DNA of 64,000 nt from contig CAZKFZ010000002.1 in assembly GCA_964552475.1 (NCBI GenBank), positions 70,160 through 134,159 of the forward strand, written 5' to 3'. Under the pieces are notes generated by a model. The model was not told where the DNA came from. It ran no database searches and was given only the letters and a program-made list of their open reading frames with translations. Shown here in pieces: positions 17,666 to 26,756 of the stretch. Each line of letters begins with the position of its first letter. Positions within the stretch are counted from its first letter, which is position 1. The position numbers were made by a program, and so were the translations under genes. The DNA is from an uncultured Candidatus Saccharibacteria bacterium. GTDB taxonomy: Bacteria > Patescibacteriota > Saccharimonadia > CAILAD01 > BJGX01.

Positions 17666-18340
17666 CTAAAACTCTATCAGATCGGGTCTGTTGGTTTGAG
17701 TCTTTTTGAGAGCTTCAGACTTGCGCCATTTAGCGATCTCAGAATGGTTACCATTTTTCAAAACTTCTGGAACTATTTGCCCTTCAAAATCATCTGGTCG
17801 AGTATATTGTGGGTATTCCAATAAACCAGCCGAGAAAGACTCATCTTTGTTAGATTGATCGTCACCAAGTACTCCAGGAATTAAACGCACTACACTATCC
17901 ACTACCGCCATCGCCGGGATTTCGCCACCAGTCAGCACAAAGTCACCCATTGAAACTTCTTGGTCGACAATACTCGATATTCGCTCATCAAAGCCCTCAT
18001 AGTGACCACATATAATAATTAAGGAATTGGCTTGTGACAATTTCTTGGCAACAATTTGATTGTACTGTTTGCCACGAGGGGTCATTAGCAGTACTTTTGC
18101 CTCAGGTTCTTTTTTGTGAATGTCTAGAACAGCCGCAAAAATTGGCTCGGGCTTAAGTACCATACCGGCACCACCACCATAAGGAGTGTCATCTACAGTT
18201 TTTCTTGGCCCTATACCGTAATCACGTAAATTTACCAAATTAAACTCTACTAGCCTTTCATCTTGGGCTTTTGCAAGCATAGACATACCAATAACTGGCT
18301 TGAACATATCTGGAAACAGGGTAATAATGTGTATTTTCAT
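17666..18340 (-). CDS. trmD: tRNA (guanine37-N1)-methyltransferase
   Basis: MKIHIITLFPDMF start, GGGAGMV, GHYEGFDER. Standard TrmD. Confidence 0.85.
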   Translation of the reverse strand: MKIHIITLFPDMFKPVIGMSMLAKAQDERLVEFNLVNLRDYGIGPRKTVDDTPYGGGAGMVLKPEPIFAAVLDIHKKEPEAKVLLMTPRGKQYNQIVAKKLSQANSLIIICGHYEGFDERISSIVDQEVSMGDFVLTGGEIPAMAVVDSVVRLIPGVLGDDQSNKDESFSAGLLEYPQYTRPDDFEGQIVPEVLKNGNHSEIAKWRKSEALKKTQTNRPDLIEF

Positions 18341-18387
18341 ATGACTTATTATATTAAAAACCCCTACAAATAAGTAGGGGTTGGGTG

Positions 18388-19434
18388 TTATAGCATTTCG
18401 TAAAGCTCACCTAGCCAAGCGCTGGTCTCTTCAATACCTTTACAGGCATCAGTAATGCTTTGGCCGTATGTAAGCTTAGTTGGATCATCTCCAACCGCAA
18501 ACTTCTGTTTACCAGCCACTAGGTTACATTCAGCCATAATACCAGCCACTCTCGTAAAGCGTCGTGCTGCAACAACCTCGCGACCTACCTCAAACTGTCG
18601 TGTGAAGTCACCGCTACAATTACCATGTGAACAATCTACAATTATGCGCGAGCTCATTCCTGCCTCATCGAGTAATACTTGGGCTTCGTAGAGACTTTGT
18701 ATGTCGTAGTTCGCCCCTTTAGTTGAGCCTCGCATAACAAGACACGTGTCTTGGTTACCAGTAGTAAAGTGTAGTGATTCTTGGCCAACATCATCACTTC
18801 CTACAAAGCACCGTGGCTGTGCCGCTACGATCATCGCGTTGATGGCTGTTGCCACATCGCCAGTTTGGTCGTGCTTAAATGCTACAGGCATAGATAGCCC
18901 CGTTGCGAGCTTACGGTGTGGTGGGCTTAGTGCAGTACGAGCACCAATACAACCAAGGCTCACTAAGTCGGCAAACTTGTGAGTCAGCTGATTATCTAGA
19001 AACTCGGTCATTACGGGCAAGCCAAGGGTGGCGACATCCAACATTAGCTTACGGGCCATTATTAGACCATCATTCATAGCGAATGTCCCGTCCATATGTG
19101 GGTCGTAGACTAATCCATCCCAATCATCACCGGTGCGTGGCTTTTCACAGTATACACCAGCAACAATAAGCATCTTTTCTTGGTACTTTTTGGCCATTTC
19201 GGCTAGCCATACAAAGTATTCCGTAGCTGCATCGATATCATGAATAGAACATGGTCGTGGGGCCACAAGTAGACGAGCCTGGCGGCGACCAAATATTACA
19301 TTGGCAATTGCCGCCCTTTGTGTAACTATCTGGTTGCGCAAAATATTCGATACAGGTAGCATAGCCTTGAGCTCACCGGCACTAACTATTTGCTCTGTAC
19401 GAACTATTCGAGTGTTTTCACTTACAATCTGCAC
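18388..19434 (-). CDS. aroG: 3-deoxy-7-phosphoheptulonate (DAHP) synthase, class I (AroG/F/H type)
   Basis: PRPCSIHD and EKPRTGDDWDGLVYDP motifs. Likely GTG start at 19434 with an AGAGGAG SD (track start TTG 19461 lies in a T-run). Confidence 0.8.
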   Translation of the reverse strand: MQIVSENTRIVRTEQIVSAGELKAMLPVSNILRNQIVTQRAAIANVIFGRRQARLLVAPRPCSIHDIDAATEYFVWLAEMAKKYQEKMLIVAGVYCEKPRTGDDWDGLVYDPHMDGTFAMNDGLIMARKLMLDVATLGLPVMTEFLDNQLTHKFADLVSLGCIGARTALSPPHRKLATGLSMPVAFKHDQTGDVATAINAMIVAAQPRCFVGSDDVGQESLHFTTGNQDTCLVMRGSTKGANYDIQSLYEAQVLLDEAGMSSRIIVDCSHGNCSGDFTRQFEVGREVVAARRFTRVAGIMAECNLVAGKQKFAVGDDPTKLTYGQSITDACKGIEETSAWLGELYEML

Positions 19435-19457
19435 TGAGTCTCCTCTATTTGGTAGGT

Positions 19458-19486
19458 ACAAAAAAATCCCGGTGCTTCCGGGATTT
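19458..19486 (-). terminator. Intrinsic terminator hairpin (atcccgg/ccgggat + T7) immediately upstream of the aroG RBS; candidate attenuator
   Basis: Minus-strand reading gaaatcccggaagcaccgggattttttt, then 20 nt to AGAGGAG-GTG. Confidence 0.55.
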
Positions 19487-19513
19487 CATGAATAAACAAA
19501 ACTTTCCTAGAAG

Positions 19514-19573
19514 CTAGGCAATATCTCCCTCAAAGAAATAAAAGTTTGGTTTGTTCATAACGAATATCAGCAT
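19514..19573 (-). promoter_or_regulatory. Candidate leader peptide MLIFVMNKPNFYFFEGDIA (19 aa; 4 Phe + 1 Tyr) upstream of the DAHP synthase terminator
   Basis: Minus-strand ATG...TAG read directly from the sequence. There is no clear SD. Confidence 0.3.
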
Positions 19574-19619
19574 AACAAAAAAGACCTGGTGATGCAAGTC
19601 TTTTTTGATTTTTTCAATA

Positions 19620-20045
19620 TTAGATGTCGGTGTCTAAGTCTTCAATACCTTCGCGAGCCTTTGCCTTAATGTCTTCGGCAGTTGTGTCGGGTTCTAGCGT
19701 ATCTGATTGCGAAGATTTATTGTCGTTGTCATCGCTAGTTGTAGTATGAGCAACTTCAGGGTTTTCTTTTGCTGTTTTGGTGTGCTCCGAACCTTCGGGC
19801 TCTGCAATTTTAAGATTGTATCGAGCGTCATCTTTGGCCCCCAAAACACGTAATAATGTTCTAATAGATTTGGCGGTTGCACCACCTTTACCAATAATCT
19901 TACCCATATCGCTTGGGTCCACACTAAGCTCTAGTAGTACGCCCCTGTCATCTACTGTTCTGGTAATCTCAACCTTGTCTGGGTTATCAACCAACGCTTT
20001 TACTACATATTCAACAAATACCTGATCTTTTTCACTTGTAGCCAT
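19620..20045 (-). CDS. KH-domain RNA-binding protein (KhpA/YlqC-like) with an acidic C-terminal extension
   Basis: GKIIGKGGATAKSIR KH GXXG loop. SD aggagaaactctatcATG. Sits next to rpsP as in many bacteria. Confidence 0.65.
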   Translation of the reverse strand: MATSEKDQVFVEYVVKALVDNPDKVEITRTVDDRGVLLELSVDPSDMGKIIGKGGATAKSIRTLLRVLGAKDDARYNLKIAEPEGSEHTKTAKENPEVAHTTTSDDNDNKSSQSDTLEPDTTAEDIKAKAREGIEDLDTDI

Positions 20046-20160
20046 GATAGAGTTTCTCCTAAAATTACTTTAATGACTTTATTATACAAACTTTTATGAT
20101 ACTTTGCGAATAACAAAACACTCTAACTAATTTTAGTTTTTTAATACTAAAAAATAGTGA

Positions 20161-20688
20161 TTATTTACTTTTGTCGGCTTCTTTAGCTGTAGTTTCTTCA
20201 ACAGCTTTGGCTGTTTCTTCGGTAGCTTTAGCTTCTTTAGCTTTGTCTTTTTCTTCAGCTATTGTACCTACGTCAGTTTTTTGATCTTTGGTTTTTTCTT
20301 CGGCATTTGTAGCTTCGCTAGTAGCGACCTCGGCAGTTTTAGCTTCACCTTCTGTTGTTGCCTCTTGATCACCTCCATCTACTACTGCTTCTGGTGTAGC
20401 TTCGGCTTCTTTTTTGGGTTTTTTATTGCGATCATGAGTCTTAGCCCAAGCTGGCAAGTCAACGCCTTGAGATTTTAGAATTCTCAAGACTCTATCTGAT
20501 GCTTGGGCGCCATTGCTTAAATATTGAGCGATTTCTTCTTTTTTGAGAGCTACTTCTTTAGTGTGAGGATTGTAGGTTCCAAGAATTGCCAAAAACTTAC
20601 TGGTGGCGGCACGACGTTTGTCGGCAGCTACAATACGATATGTGGGATATTTATGACGGCCATGTCTGGCTAAACGAATTACAACCAT
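20161..20688 (-). CDS. rpsP: 30S ribosomal protein S16 with a long charged C-terminal tail
   Basis: MVVIRLARHGRHKYPTYRIVAADKRRA is the canonical S16 N-terminus. Confidence 0.85.
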   Translation of the reverse strand: MVVIRLARHGRHKYPTYRIVAADKRRAATSKFLAILGTYNPHTKEVALKKEEIAQYLSNGAQASDRVLRILKSQGVDLPAWAKTHDRNKKPKKEAEATPEAVVDGGDQEATTEGEAKTAEVATSEATNAEEKTKDQKTDVGTIAEEKDKAKEAKATEETAKAVEETTAKEADKSK

Positions 20689-20762
20689 TGATTCCTTTTT
20701 TTATATAACTTAAGTAATTTATTGATTTGCCAATCACTAGTGGGCAAAAACGAATACGCCCT

Positions 20763-20792
20763 ATTGTACCTGTAAATAAGTGTGTTTGTCAA
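20763..20792 (-). promoter_or_regulatory. Sigma70-like promoter for rpsP (TTGACA-18-TACAAT on the minus strand)
   Basis: -35 TTGACA at 20787-20792 and -10 TACAAT at 20763-20768, directly after the smc stop. Confidence 0.45.
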
Positions 20793-20797
20793 CAGAT

Positions 20798-23254
20798 TTA
20801 ATTGGTTGCATAAACCTCGGCTTGTTGCAAAGCTAGTGGTAAAACCTCGCTATCACCTTTTGGTGTGCTGGTGATGCCAAATAGATTGTGGGCAGACTGC
20901 ATGGTCTCGTGATTATGGGTAATAACAAGTAGTTGTGAATGTTTTGATAGTTCTTCCAAGACTTTTGTAAATCTAGTAGAGTTTTCGTCGTCTAGAGCAG
21001 CATCAACTTCGTCTAGTACAATAAATGGACTAGGATTGGTAAGAATTATTGAGGCTAGTAAAGCAATTGAGGTAAGGGCTTTTTCTCCACCAGAGAGAGC
21101 AGAAATGTTTTTACCACGTTTGCCTGGTGGTTGAACTATAATTTCTATACCAAAATCCTCTTCAATAGTAGATAGTTCTAGATAGGCATCTCCACCACTG
21201 AAAAGTTTTTTAAAATATTCTCCAAAAACTTTATTGAGTTTTTCGAAGGCTTTCTTAAATCTCTGCTTCATATCTTTTTCTAAAGATAATATAAGAGTTT
21301 GAGTATCGACTATGGCTTTTTCTAGATCTTTTTTTTGGGTTTGTAAAAAGTCTATTCTATGAGCCGTTTCTTTTGCTTCGTTTATCATATGAGGGTCGAT
21401 TTCTTCTAAAGCTTTGAGCTCGGCTTCTAACTGTGAAACATCACTAAGACTTGAGGTTTTTGAAGAAGATGAATTACTAAATTTATATTCTATACCAAAC
21501 CATTCTTCAGCCTGCTTGAATAACTCGGCTTGCTGACTTTGTAGAAGCTTTTTATCGTTCTTGCCCTGCTCTATAGCAAATTCTAACCGGGCTTTTTCAC
21601 TAGCTAACTTTTCAATATCATCAATCTCAGAAGGTAAGCTGTCTGAAGAGGCGTTATAAAATTCCTCTCTTTTAGAGGTAATTTTGGTAGTTATTTTTTT
21701 AAGTAACATTTGTTGCTTTGAAATTTGCAATTTATGATCGGTAATCATTTTAAGATTATCTTCATATATTTCAGTTTGTTTTTTGGTGTTCTCTATTTCA
21801 CTCAAAACAGTTTCTTTATCGGTATGTAGAGTGGCGATATCTAGCTCTATAGATCTAAGCAAGATAGTTTTCTCGGTTTGTAATTCTATAATATCTTCAC
21901 GACTTGCCATACTGTTACTTATAGAATTTTGTAATCGAATAAGTTCAGTTGCCATGACTGCGGCATCGTCACCGAGTGCCAACTCTAACATATGAGAAAG
22001 TTTGTGCATAGTTTGATCAATAGCTTGTCTTGGGGTACCTTGTCGCAATTGTACTCTCATAAGCTGAACAAGGCCTAGAGCGTGATTAACAAACTCTTTC
22101 TTTTGACTCTTTTGTAGTTTGTTCTGCACAATGTTTAGCTTACTGCTTAACTCGCCTAATTCTTTATTAATCTTACTAACTTTTAACTCTAGCTCTTTAA
22201 TTTTTGAGTTTTGTCTGTCATGGTCTACCTCTAGTAAACTAAGTTGCTTGTTGATATTTTTTAATCTGTTCTCCAAACTATGACTTTGATTGTTGGCAGG
22301 TTGCATTTCTTTTTGCTTACTTATCAAGACATTGAGTTCGCTCTGGGTAAGCAAAAGTTTTTGAGTAAGGTTGTCACGTTCTATCTCTAAGTTTTTTAGA
22401 GTCTGTTCTTGCATCTCGCTATCTTTGTTGGAGTTGAAATTCAAATTCACTCTACTATGTAGTTCTTTTGATTTCTCAACTATTTGATTGTGTTCTAGCT
22501 GAGACTTATTTATAGCAATCTCAATATTGGCAATTTTTTTTGTGATATCACTATAAGTATCACTTAAATAACTGTGGCGGGCCTTCTCTAGATCGCTCTT
22601 TAATTTATCGGCTTTTTCTAGGCTTTTGGCTTGCTTCTCTAGAATAGCTATTGTAGGTTTTAGCTCGGCTAGCACTCCATTAACACGTTCAAGATTCTCA
22701 CTAGCCTGATTAAGATCTCTACGCGCTGTATTGCGACGTATATCGTATTGGCGAATTCCACTCGCTTCGTCAAAAAGAGTTTTTCTTTCTGGCCCTGTGG
22801 CCGTTAGAAGCTGATCTATCATACCTTGTCCAATAACTGTATACGATTGTGTGCCAAAACCCGATTGGGCTAGTAACTCTTCAATCTTTGTTAGCTTAGT
22901 TTTTCGGCCGTTAAGCCGATATTCACTCTCGCCCGAGCGAAGTAGTCGGCGCGACAATTCAATTTCAGTAGTATCTAAGTCGATAATGCCTTTGGTATTA
23001 TCTAAATGCAAAATAACTTCTGCCAAACTCGCTTGTGGTGTAGATTTAGTTCCATAAAAAATAATATCCTCAGCTTTGGCTATTCTTAGCCGACGGTTTT
23101 TTTGTTCACCTAATACCCACCTAATAGCATCGGCAACATTACTTTTGCCCGAGCCATTTGGTCCAACTATTGCAGTAATACCTTTATTGAATTCGAAAAT
23201 TCGTCTAGCACCAAACGACTTAAAACCAGCTATTTCAAGCTTGCTTATTTGCAT
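20798..23254 (-). CDS. smc: Chromosome partition protein SMC (short form, 818 aa)
   Basis: N-terminal Walker A GPNGSGKSN. C-terminal signature LSGGEKALTSIAL and Walker B IVLDEVDAALD. Long coiled coils. Confidence 0.8.
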   Translation of the reverse strand: MQISKLEIAGFKSFGARRIFEFNKGITAIVGPNGSGKSNVADAIRWVLGEQKNRRLRIAKAEDIIFYGTKSTPQASLAEVILHLDNTKGIIDLDTTEIELSRRLLRSGESEYRLNGRKTKLTKIEELLAQSGFGTQSYTVIGQGMIDQLLTATGPERKTLFDEASGIRQYDIRRNTARRDLNQASENLERVNGVLAELKPTIAILEKQAKSLEKADKLKSDLEKARHSYLSDTYSDITKKIANIEIAINKSQLEHNQIVEKSKELHSRVNLNFNSNKDSEMQEQTLKNLEIERDNLTQKLLLTQSELNVLISKQKEMQPANNQSHSLENRLKNINKQLSLLEVDHDRQNSKIKELELKVSKINKELGELSSKLNIVQNKLQKSQKKEFVNHALGLVQLMRVQLRQGTPRQAIDQTMHKLSHMLELALGDDAAVMATELIRLQNSISNSMASREDIIELQTEKTILLRSIELDIATLHTDKETVLSEIENTKKQTEIYEDNLKMITDHKLQISKQQMLLKKITTKITSKREEFYNASSDSLPSEIDDIEKLASEKARLEFAIEQGKNDKKLLQSQQAELFKQAEEWFGIEYKFSNSSSSKTSSLSDVSQLEAELKALEEIDPHMINEAKETAHRIDFLQTQKKDLEKAIVDTQTLILSLEKDMKQRFKKAFEKLNKVFGEYFKKLFSGGDAYLELSTIEEDFGIEIIVQPPGKRGKNISALSGGEKALTSIALLASIILTNPSPFIVLDEVDAALDDENSTRFTKVLEELSKHSQLLVITHNHETMQSAHNLFGITSTPKGDSEVLPLALQQAEVYATN

Positions 23255-23322
23255 TTACAAAACTCCTCGCATTGATCTATTGTAGCCGATAAAACCAAAC
23301 ATAGGCAATAAAATGCCCAAGC

Positions 23323-24090
23323 TTAGGATGCTTGGGCATGGCTACCGCTATGTTGAACAATAATTTTAGCAATTAATGCATGAACAAGCGGGTTGTTGAC
23401 TATAGACATATGACCAGCTTTGTCGCAAATATGTTCAATGTTGCTCGGGATATGCGAGCTCACCAAATCATATTCAGATTGTGGAGCAATAAGATAGTTA
23501 TGTACGAGTTGCCCCTCGGGATGAGCCGAACGATGTGGGAAGACCAACATATCAGCCAAACCTACTATTGAATAGGTGTGATGTCCACTAGTTTGTTTGG
23601 CCAGGTATTCAAGTATTTGTTCGCTTATATCGCTATGTGTGGCTAAATTTTGGACAATTGGAATGGGCGCAACAAGCTTACGCAACTTGGGTCGCAGACG
23701 TACTTTACCTCTGGTTATTTGAGAAATAGACTCAACAGCCCAACGGATCGGCATATTAATCGGATCGGTCCAGGTTGTGCCCGCTAGCGGTGAGGCAATT
23801 GGAATAACCGCCCTTACTTTAGCTTCATATTCAATTGCAAGTAAGCTTGCTAACATACCGCCTTGCGAGTGACCTATGATTATCCAATAATCTTGGGAGT
23901 TTCGTAGATATTTGTCACCTATTTCGTGAGCTGATTGCTCAATATCTCCCAGTCCTAGTCTAGGTATAGCCTCATAAAAAACTGACTTTTCACCAGCAAC
24001 TGATATTACAGCATCTATAAGTGATTGGTAAAAGAACTTTGCTCTTTTGGGCGCAAAAGTGCCATATATTATTAGTACCTTGAGCTTCAT
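23323..24090 (-). CDS. Alpha/beta hydrolase (esterase/lipase-like)
   Basis: GHSQGG nucleophile elbow. 255 aa. Confidence 0.6.
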   Translation of the reverse strand: MKLKVLIIYGTFAPKRAKFFYQSLIDAVISVAGEKSVFYEAIPRLGLGDIEQSAHEIGDKYLRNSQDYWIIIGHSQGGMLASLLAIEYEAKVRAVIPIASPLAGTTWTDPINMPIRWAVESISQITRGKVRLRPKLRKLVAPIPIVQNLATHSDISEQILEYLAKQTSGHHTYSIVGLADMLVFPHRSAHPEGQLVHNYLIAPQSEYDLVSSHIPSNIEHICDKAGHMSIVNNPLVHALIAKIIVQHSGSHAQAS

Positions 24091-24147
24091 TTGGTACCTC
24101 GCTTTGTAAAGAACTCAGCGATTAGCTGTTACAAGTAATTTTAGACC

Positions 24148-24190
24148 AAAAAGCCACAACATACTAATTTTTGTGGCTTTTTGGTCTTAT
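24148..24190. terminator. Bidirectional terminator, perfect 14-bp inverted repeat (ccaaaaagccacaa / ttgtggctttttgg)
   Basis: Seen directly between rnc and the esterase gene, flanked by A/T runs. Confidence 0.6.
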
Positions 24191-24210
24191 TGCCTTGTCT
24201 TTTATGGCAA

Positions 24211-24906
24211 CTATTTAGTTTTTTTTAGCTTACCTAGGCCATTTAGGGCAGCGGCTTGTTGGGCTGCTTGCTTACTACTACCCTCGCCCTCACCGAATTT
24301 TCTTGTACCTAGGTAAACACCCATAACAAAAGTTTTGTCGTGATCAGGACCAACCTCACTAAGCACCTTATAGCTCGGAGTAGTACCCATTTTTTCTTGC
24401 GCTAGCTCTTGAAAATGGCTTTTAGCATCTATGTATGCGCCTGTTTTAATAATTTCTTCTAAGTTCGTGACTAGTTTTGTCTCTATGAATTTTTTGGCTG
24501 CATCATATCCCTTTTCTAAATAAATCGCACCAATTGTAGCTTCAACTAAGTTTGCTAAAAGTGCTTGTCTTGTTCTACCGCCAGTTTTTGCTTCACCCCT
24601 ACTCATTAATAAAAACTGTCCAATCTCTAACTTTTCGGCTAATTCTGCTAGAGATTCTGTCTTTACCAAGGCAGATCGCCAAGAGGTAAGTTCGCCTTCT
24701 GGGTTTTGATAATTTCGATATAAGTAGTCGGTTACAACCAACTCTAAAACAGCATCACCCAAGAACTCCATTCTTTCGTTGTGTTCAAGTTTAACGGTAC
24801 GATGCTCGTTAATATAACTTCTGTGAGTAAAAGCAACCTGCAAAAGACTGGGGTCACTAAACTTTACCCCTAATATCTTTTCAATTTTTGACTGATCAAA
24901 TACCAT
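24211..24906 (-). CDS. rnc: Ribonuclease III
   Basis: ERMEFLGDAVLELVVTDYLY signature plus a C-terminal dsRBD. Confidence 0.85.
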   Translation of the reverse strand: MVFDQSKIEKILGVKFSDPSLLQVAFTHRSYINEHRTVKLEHNERMEFLGDAVLELVVTDYLYRNYQNPEGELTSWRSALVKTESLAELAEKLEIGQFLLMSRGEAKTGGRTRQALLANLVEATIGAIYLEKGYDAAKKFIETKLVTNLEEIIKTGAYIDAKSHFQELAQEKMGTTPSYKVLSEVGPDHDKTFVMGVYLGTRKFGEGEGSSKQAAQQAAALNGLGKLKKTK

Positions 24907-25553
24907 TATAAATTGTTAAGTTTTTTTATTCTGTTTATAGCTTCTCGTATTATAACTTTTGTAGCCTTGTACTCTACAATATCATAAGCTTGCTCGGCTT
25001 CAAACCATTGTACATCTACTATACCTTCAGAGTCTTCAGTTTCTAGTTGCTCATTATAATTGGTTGATTCTATTAAGTAAACAAAGTTGGTCATAAAAAT
25101 AAGTTTGTTATTCATGCGATAAAAAAAATGTATTTTGTCTAATTTACTTAAAATCTTAAGGCTTTTTAAGCCAGTTTCTTCGCCCACTTCTCTTATGGCG
25201 GTTTGCTCTAGTGTTTCACCAGACTCAACATGTCCTTTAGGAATACTCCACCGAGCCTTCAAATCTTGTAATAATACTATTTCTATTTCTTGGTCTTTTA
25301 CCCTAAAAACTATTCCACCACTCGAATATTCTCTTACAGCTTTTGCTCTTTGAGGAGTCTGTCTAGCGTGGCGCTTTTTCTTGTTGGGTCTACTGTTCTT
25401 TATCTGGCTCTGTTGGAGTTGTTGAATCCGTTCCTTGTCGGCCGGACTTTGACCCTTTAGGTTCTGTTTTTGGGGTATCGAAAGACTCTGATTCTGCTGA
25501 ATCTTCTTTGGTTGGTTTTTCTGATTGGAGTTTTTTATCTTCTTGTGGTTCAT
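24906..25553 (-). CDS. NUDIX hydrolase with a Q/K-rich low-complexity N-terminal extension (start uncertain)
   Basis: NUDIX box [23 protein letters not shown]. The N-terminal 55 aa overlap the nusB 3' tail in another frame. Confidence 0.65.
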   Translation of the reverse strand: MNHKKIKNSNQKNQPKKIQQNQSLSIPQKQNLKGQSPADKERIQQLQQSQIKNSRPNKKKRHARQTPQRAKAVREYSSGGIVFRVKDQEIEIVLLQDLKARWSIPKGHVESGETLEQTAIREVGEETGLKSLKILSKLDKIHFFYRMNNKLIFMTNFVYLIESTNYNEQLETEDSEGIVDVQWFEAEQAYDIVEYKATKVIIREAINRIKKLNNL

Positions 25554-25986
25554 AAAATTCGCTCTGTCTATATATTGTACCTAACACCCCGTTAATAAAC
25601 TTACTAGAGTTGTCTCCGCCAAATGCTTTAGCCAGCTCTACTGCCTCATTAATAGCTACTTTGGGCGGAACTTCGCGTTTAATCATAAGCTCATAAACGG
25701 CGAGGCGCAAAATAGTCTTATCTACTTTGGCAATTTGTTCAATTGGCCACTCGGGAGCAGCTGGTGAAATCATTGCATCGATTTTTTTTAGGTTTTTTTG
25801 TGTACCGTTTATTAAATCAATCGCAAAATCGGTTTCTTCTAAAGATTCTGAATACACATCTAAATTACGCTCTGTAATCTCACTAAGATCAGTTTTTAGC
25901 TCAGCAATACCTAGAGTGGTACGAAAATCATATTCGTATAGGGTTTGTAGGGCGATAATGCGTGCAAGGTGTCTATTTGAAGCCAT
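25390..25986 (-). CDS. nusB: Transcription antitermination factor NusB with a low-complexity C-terminal tail
   Basis: [16 protein letters not shown] and LRLAVYEL motifs typical of NusB. Confidence 0.8.
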   Translation of the reverse strand: MASNRHLARIIALQTLYEYDFRTTLGIAELKTDLSEITERNLDVYSESLEETDFAIDLINGTQKNLKKIDAMISPAAPEWPIEQIAKVDKTILRLAVYELMIKREVPPKVAINEAVELAKAFGGDNSSKFINGVLGTIYRQSEFYEPQEDKKLQSEKPTKEDSAESESFDTPKTEPKGSKSGRQGTDSTTPTEPDKEQ

Positions 25987-26050
25987 AGTTTGTGTATCTA
26001 TTAGGTTTAATTGTAACGTACTTTGGGGGTTTAATGCGAGTTATTTTTAC

Positions 26051-26221
26051 TTAAATATTACGTCTAGTTCGAACCAAACCCAGGCTAGCAGCCTTGTGAA
26101 GCTTTCTTGGCAACATAAGTTTGGTATTCTTCTCGTACATTAGCTGTAGCGGTGTAAGACTGTCGTGAGATCTACGTTGACCTCGAGTACTACTAGTACG
26201 GCGTTTTTTTGGTACTGGCAT
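26051..26221 (-). CDS. rpmF: 50S ribosomal protein L32 (not in the ORF track, 56 aa)
   Basis: MPVPKKRRTSSTRGQRRSHDSLTPLQL matches the L32 N-terminus ([23 protein letters not shown]). It lies right after yceD, as in the conserved yceD-rpmF arrangement. Confidence 0.75.
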   Translation of the reverse strand: MPVPKKRRTSSTRGQRRSHDSLTPLQLMYEKNTKLMLPRKLHKAASLGLVRTRRNI

Positions 26222-26237
26222 AAATTGGTCCTTTCAA

Positions 26238-26657
26238 TTAACTATTTGTTTGAATACCATTGCATTTAGATTCACATAGTAAGGTGGGTGGCAATGAAAA
26301 CAATATTTCTTGACGTAATGGTTCGCTTAAGTCTATATGGTTGTTTTCTATGGGCCACTCTTCTTCTTCGGGCTCATCACAAAAAGTTGCAATAAAATCA
26401 ACTCTTAATTTGTGTTTGAAGCTTTTTAGACACTTATCGCAAGTAAGTAAAATATTTACTTCTCCCGTAACGTGAGCACTAAACAAGTCATGTCTTATTT
26501 GTGTGATTTCAACTTTTATATTAGTTGGTTTTGACAATTCGACATTTTCAAGAGAAGAGAAGTCGCAAATAACTGTTTGGGTTGCTCCGCTTGGTTTGCG
26601 CGAGAGATCTAGAATGCTAATTGGCATTTCGTCTATGATTGTATCATAAAAACACAC
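26238..26657 (-). CDS. yceD: DUF177/YceD-family protein (large-subunit rRNA accumulation protein)
   Basis: C-terminal CxxC...C motif and conserved position upstream of rpmF. Confidence 0.6.
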   Translation of the reverse strand: MCFYDTIIDEMPISILDLSRKPSGATQTVICDFSSLENVELSKPTNIKVEITQIRHDLFSAHVTGEVNILLTCDKCLKSFKHKLRVDFIATFCDEPEEEEWPIENNHIDLSEPLRQEILFSLPPTLLCESKCNGIQTNS

Positions 26658-26756
26658 CTTTTACAATGGTTTTTAATCTTATTTATGAACTTCAAACTAT
26701 ATTTTACTTTTCTAGTCTGAGAATACGCTGAACTATAAAAGTAAAAACAATAGTAG

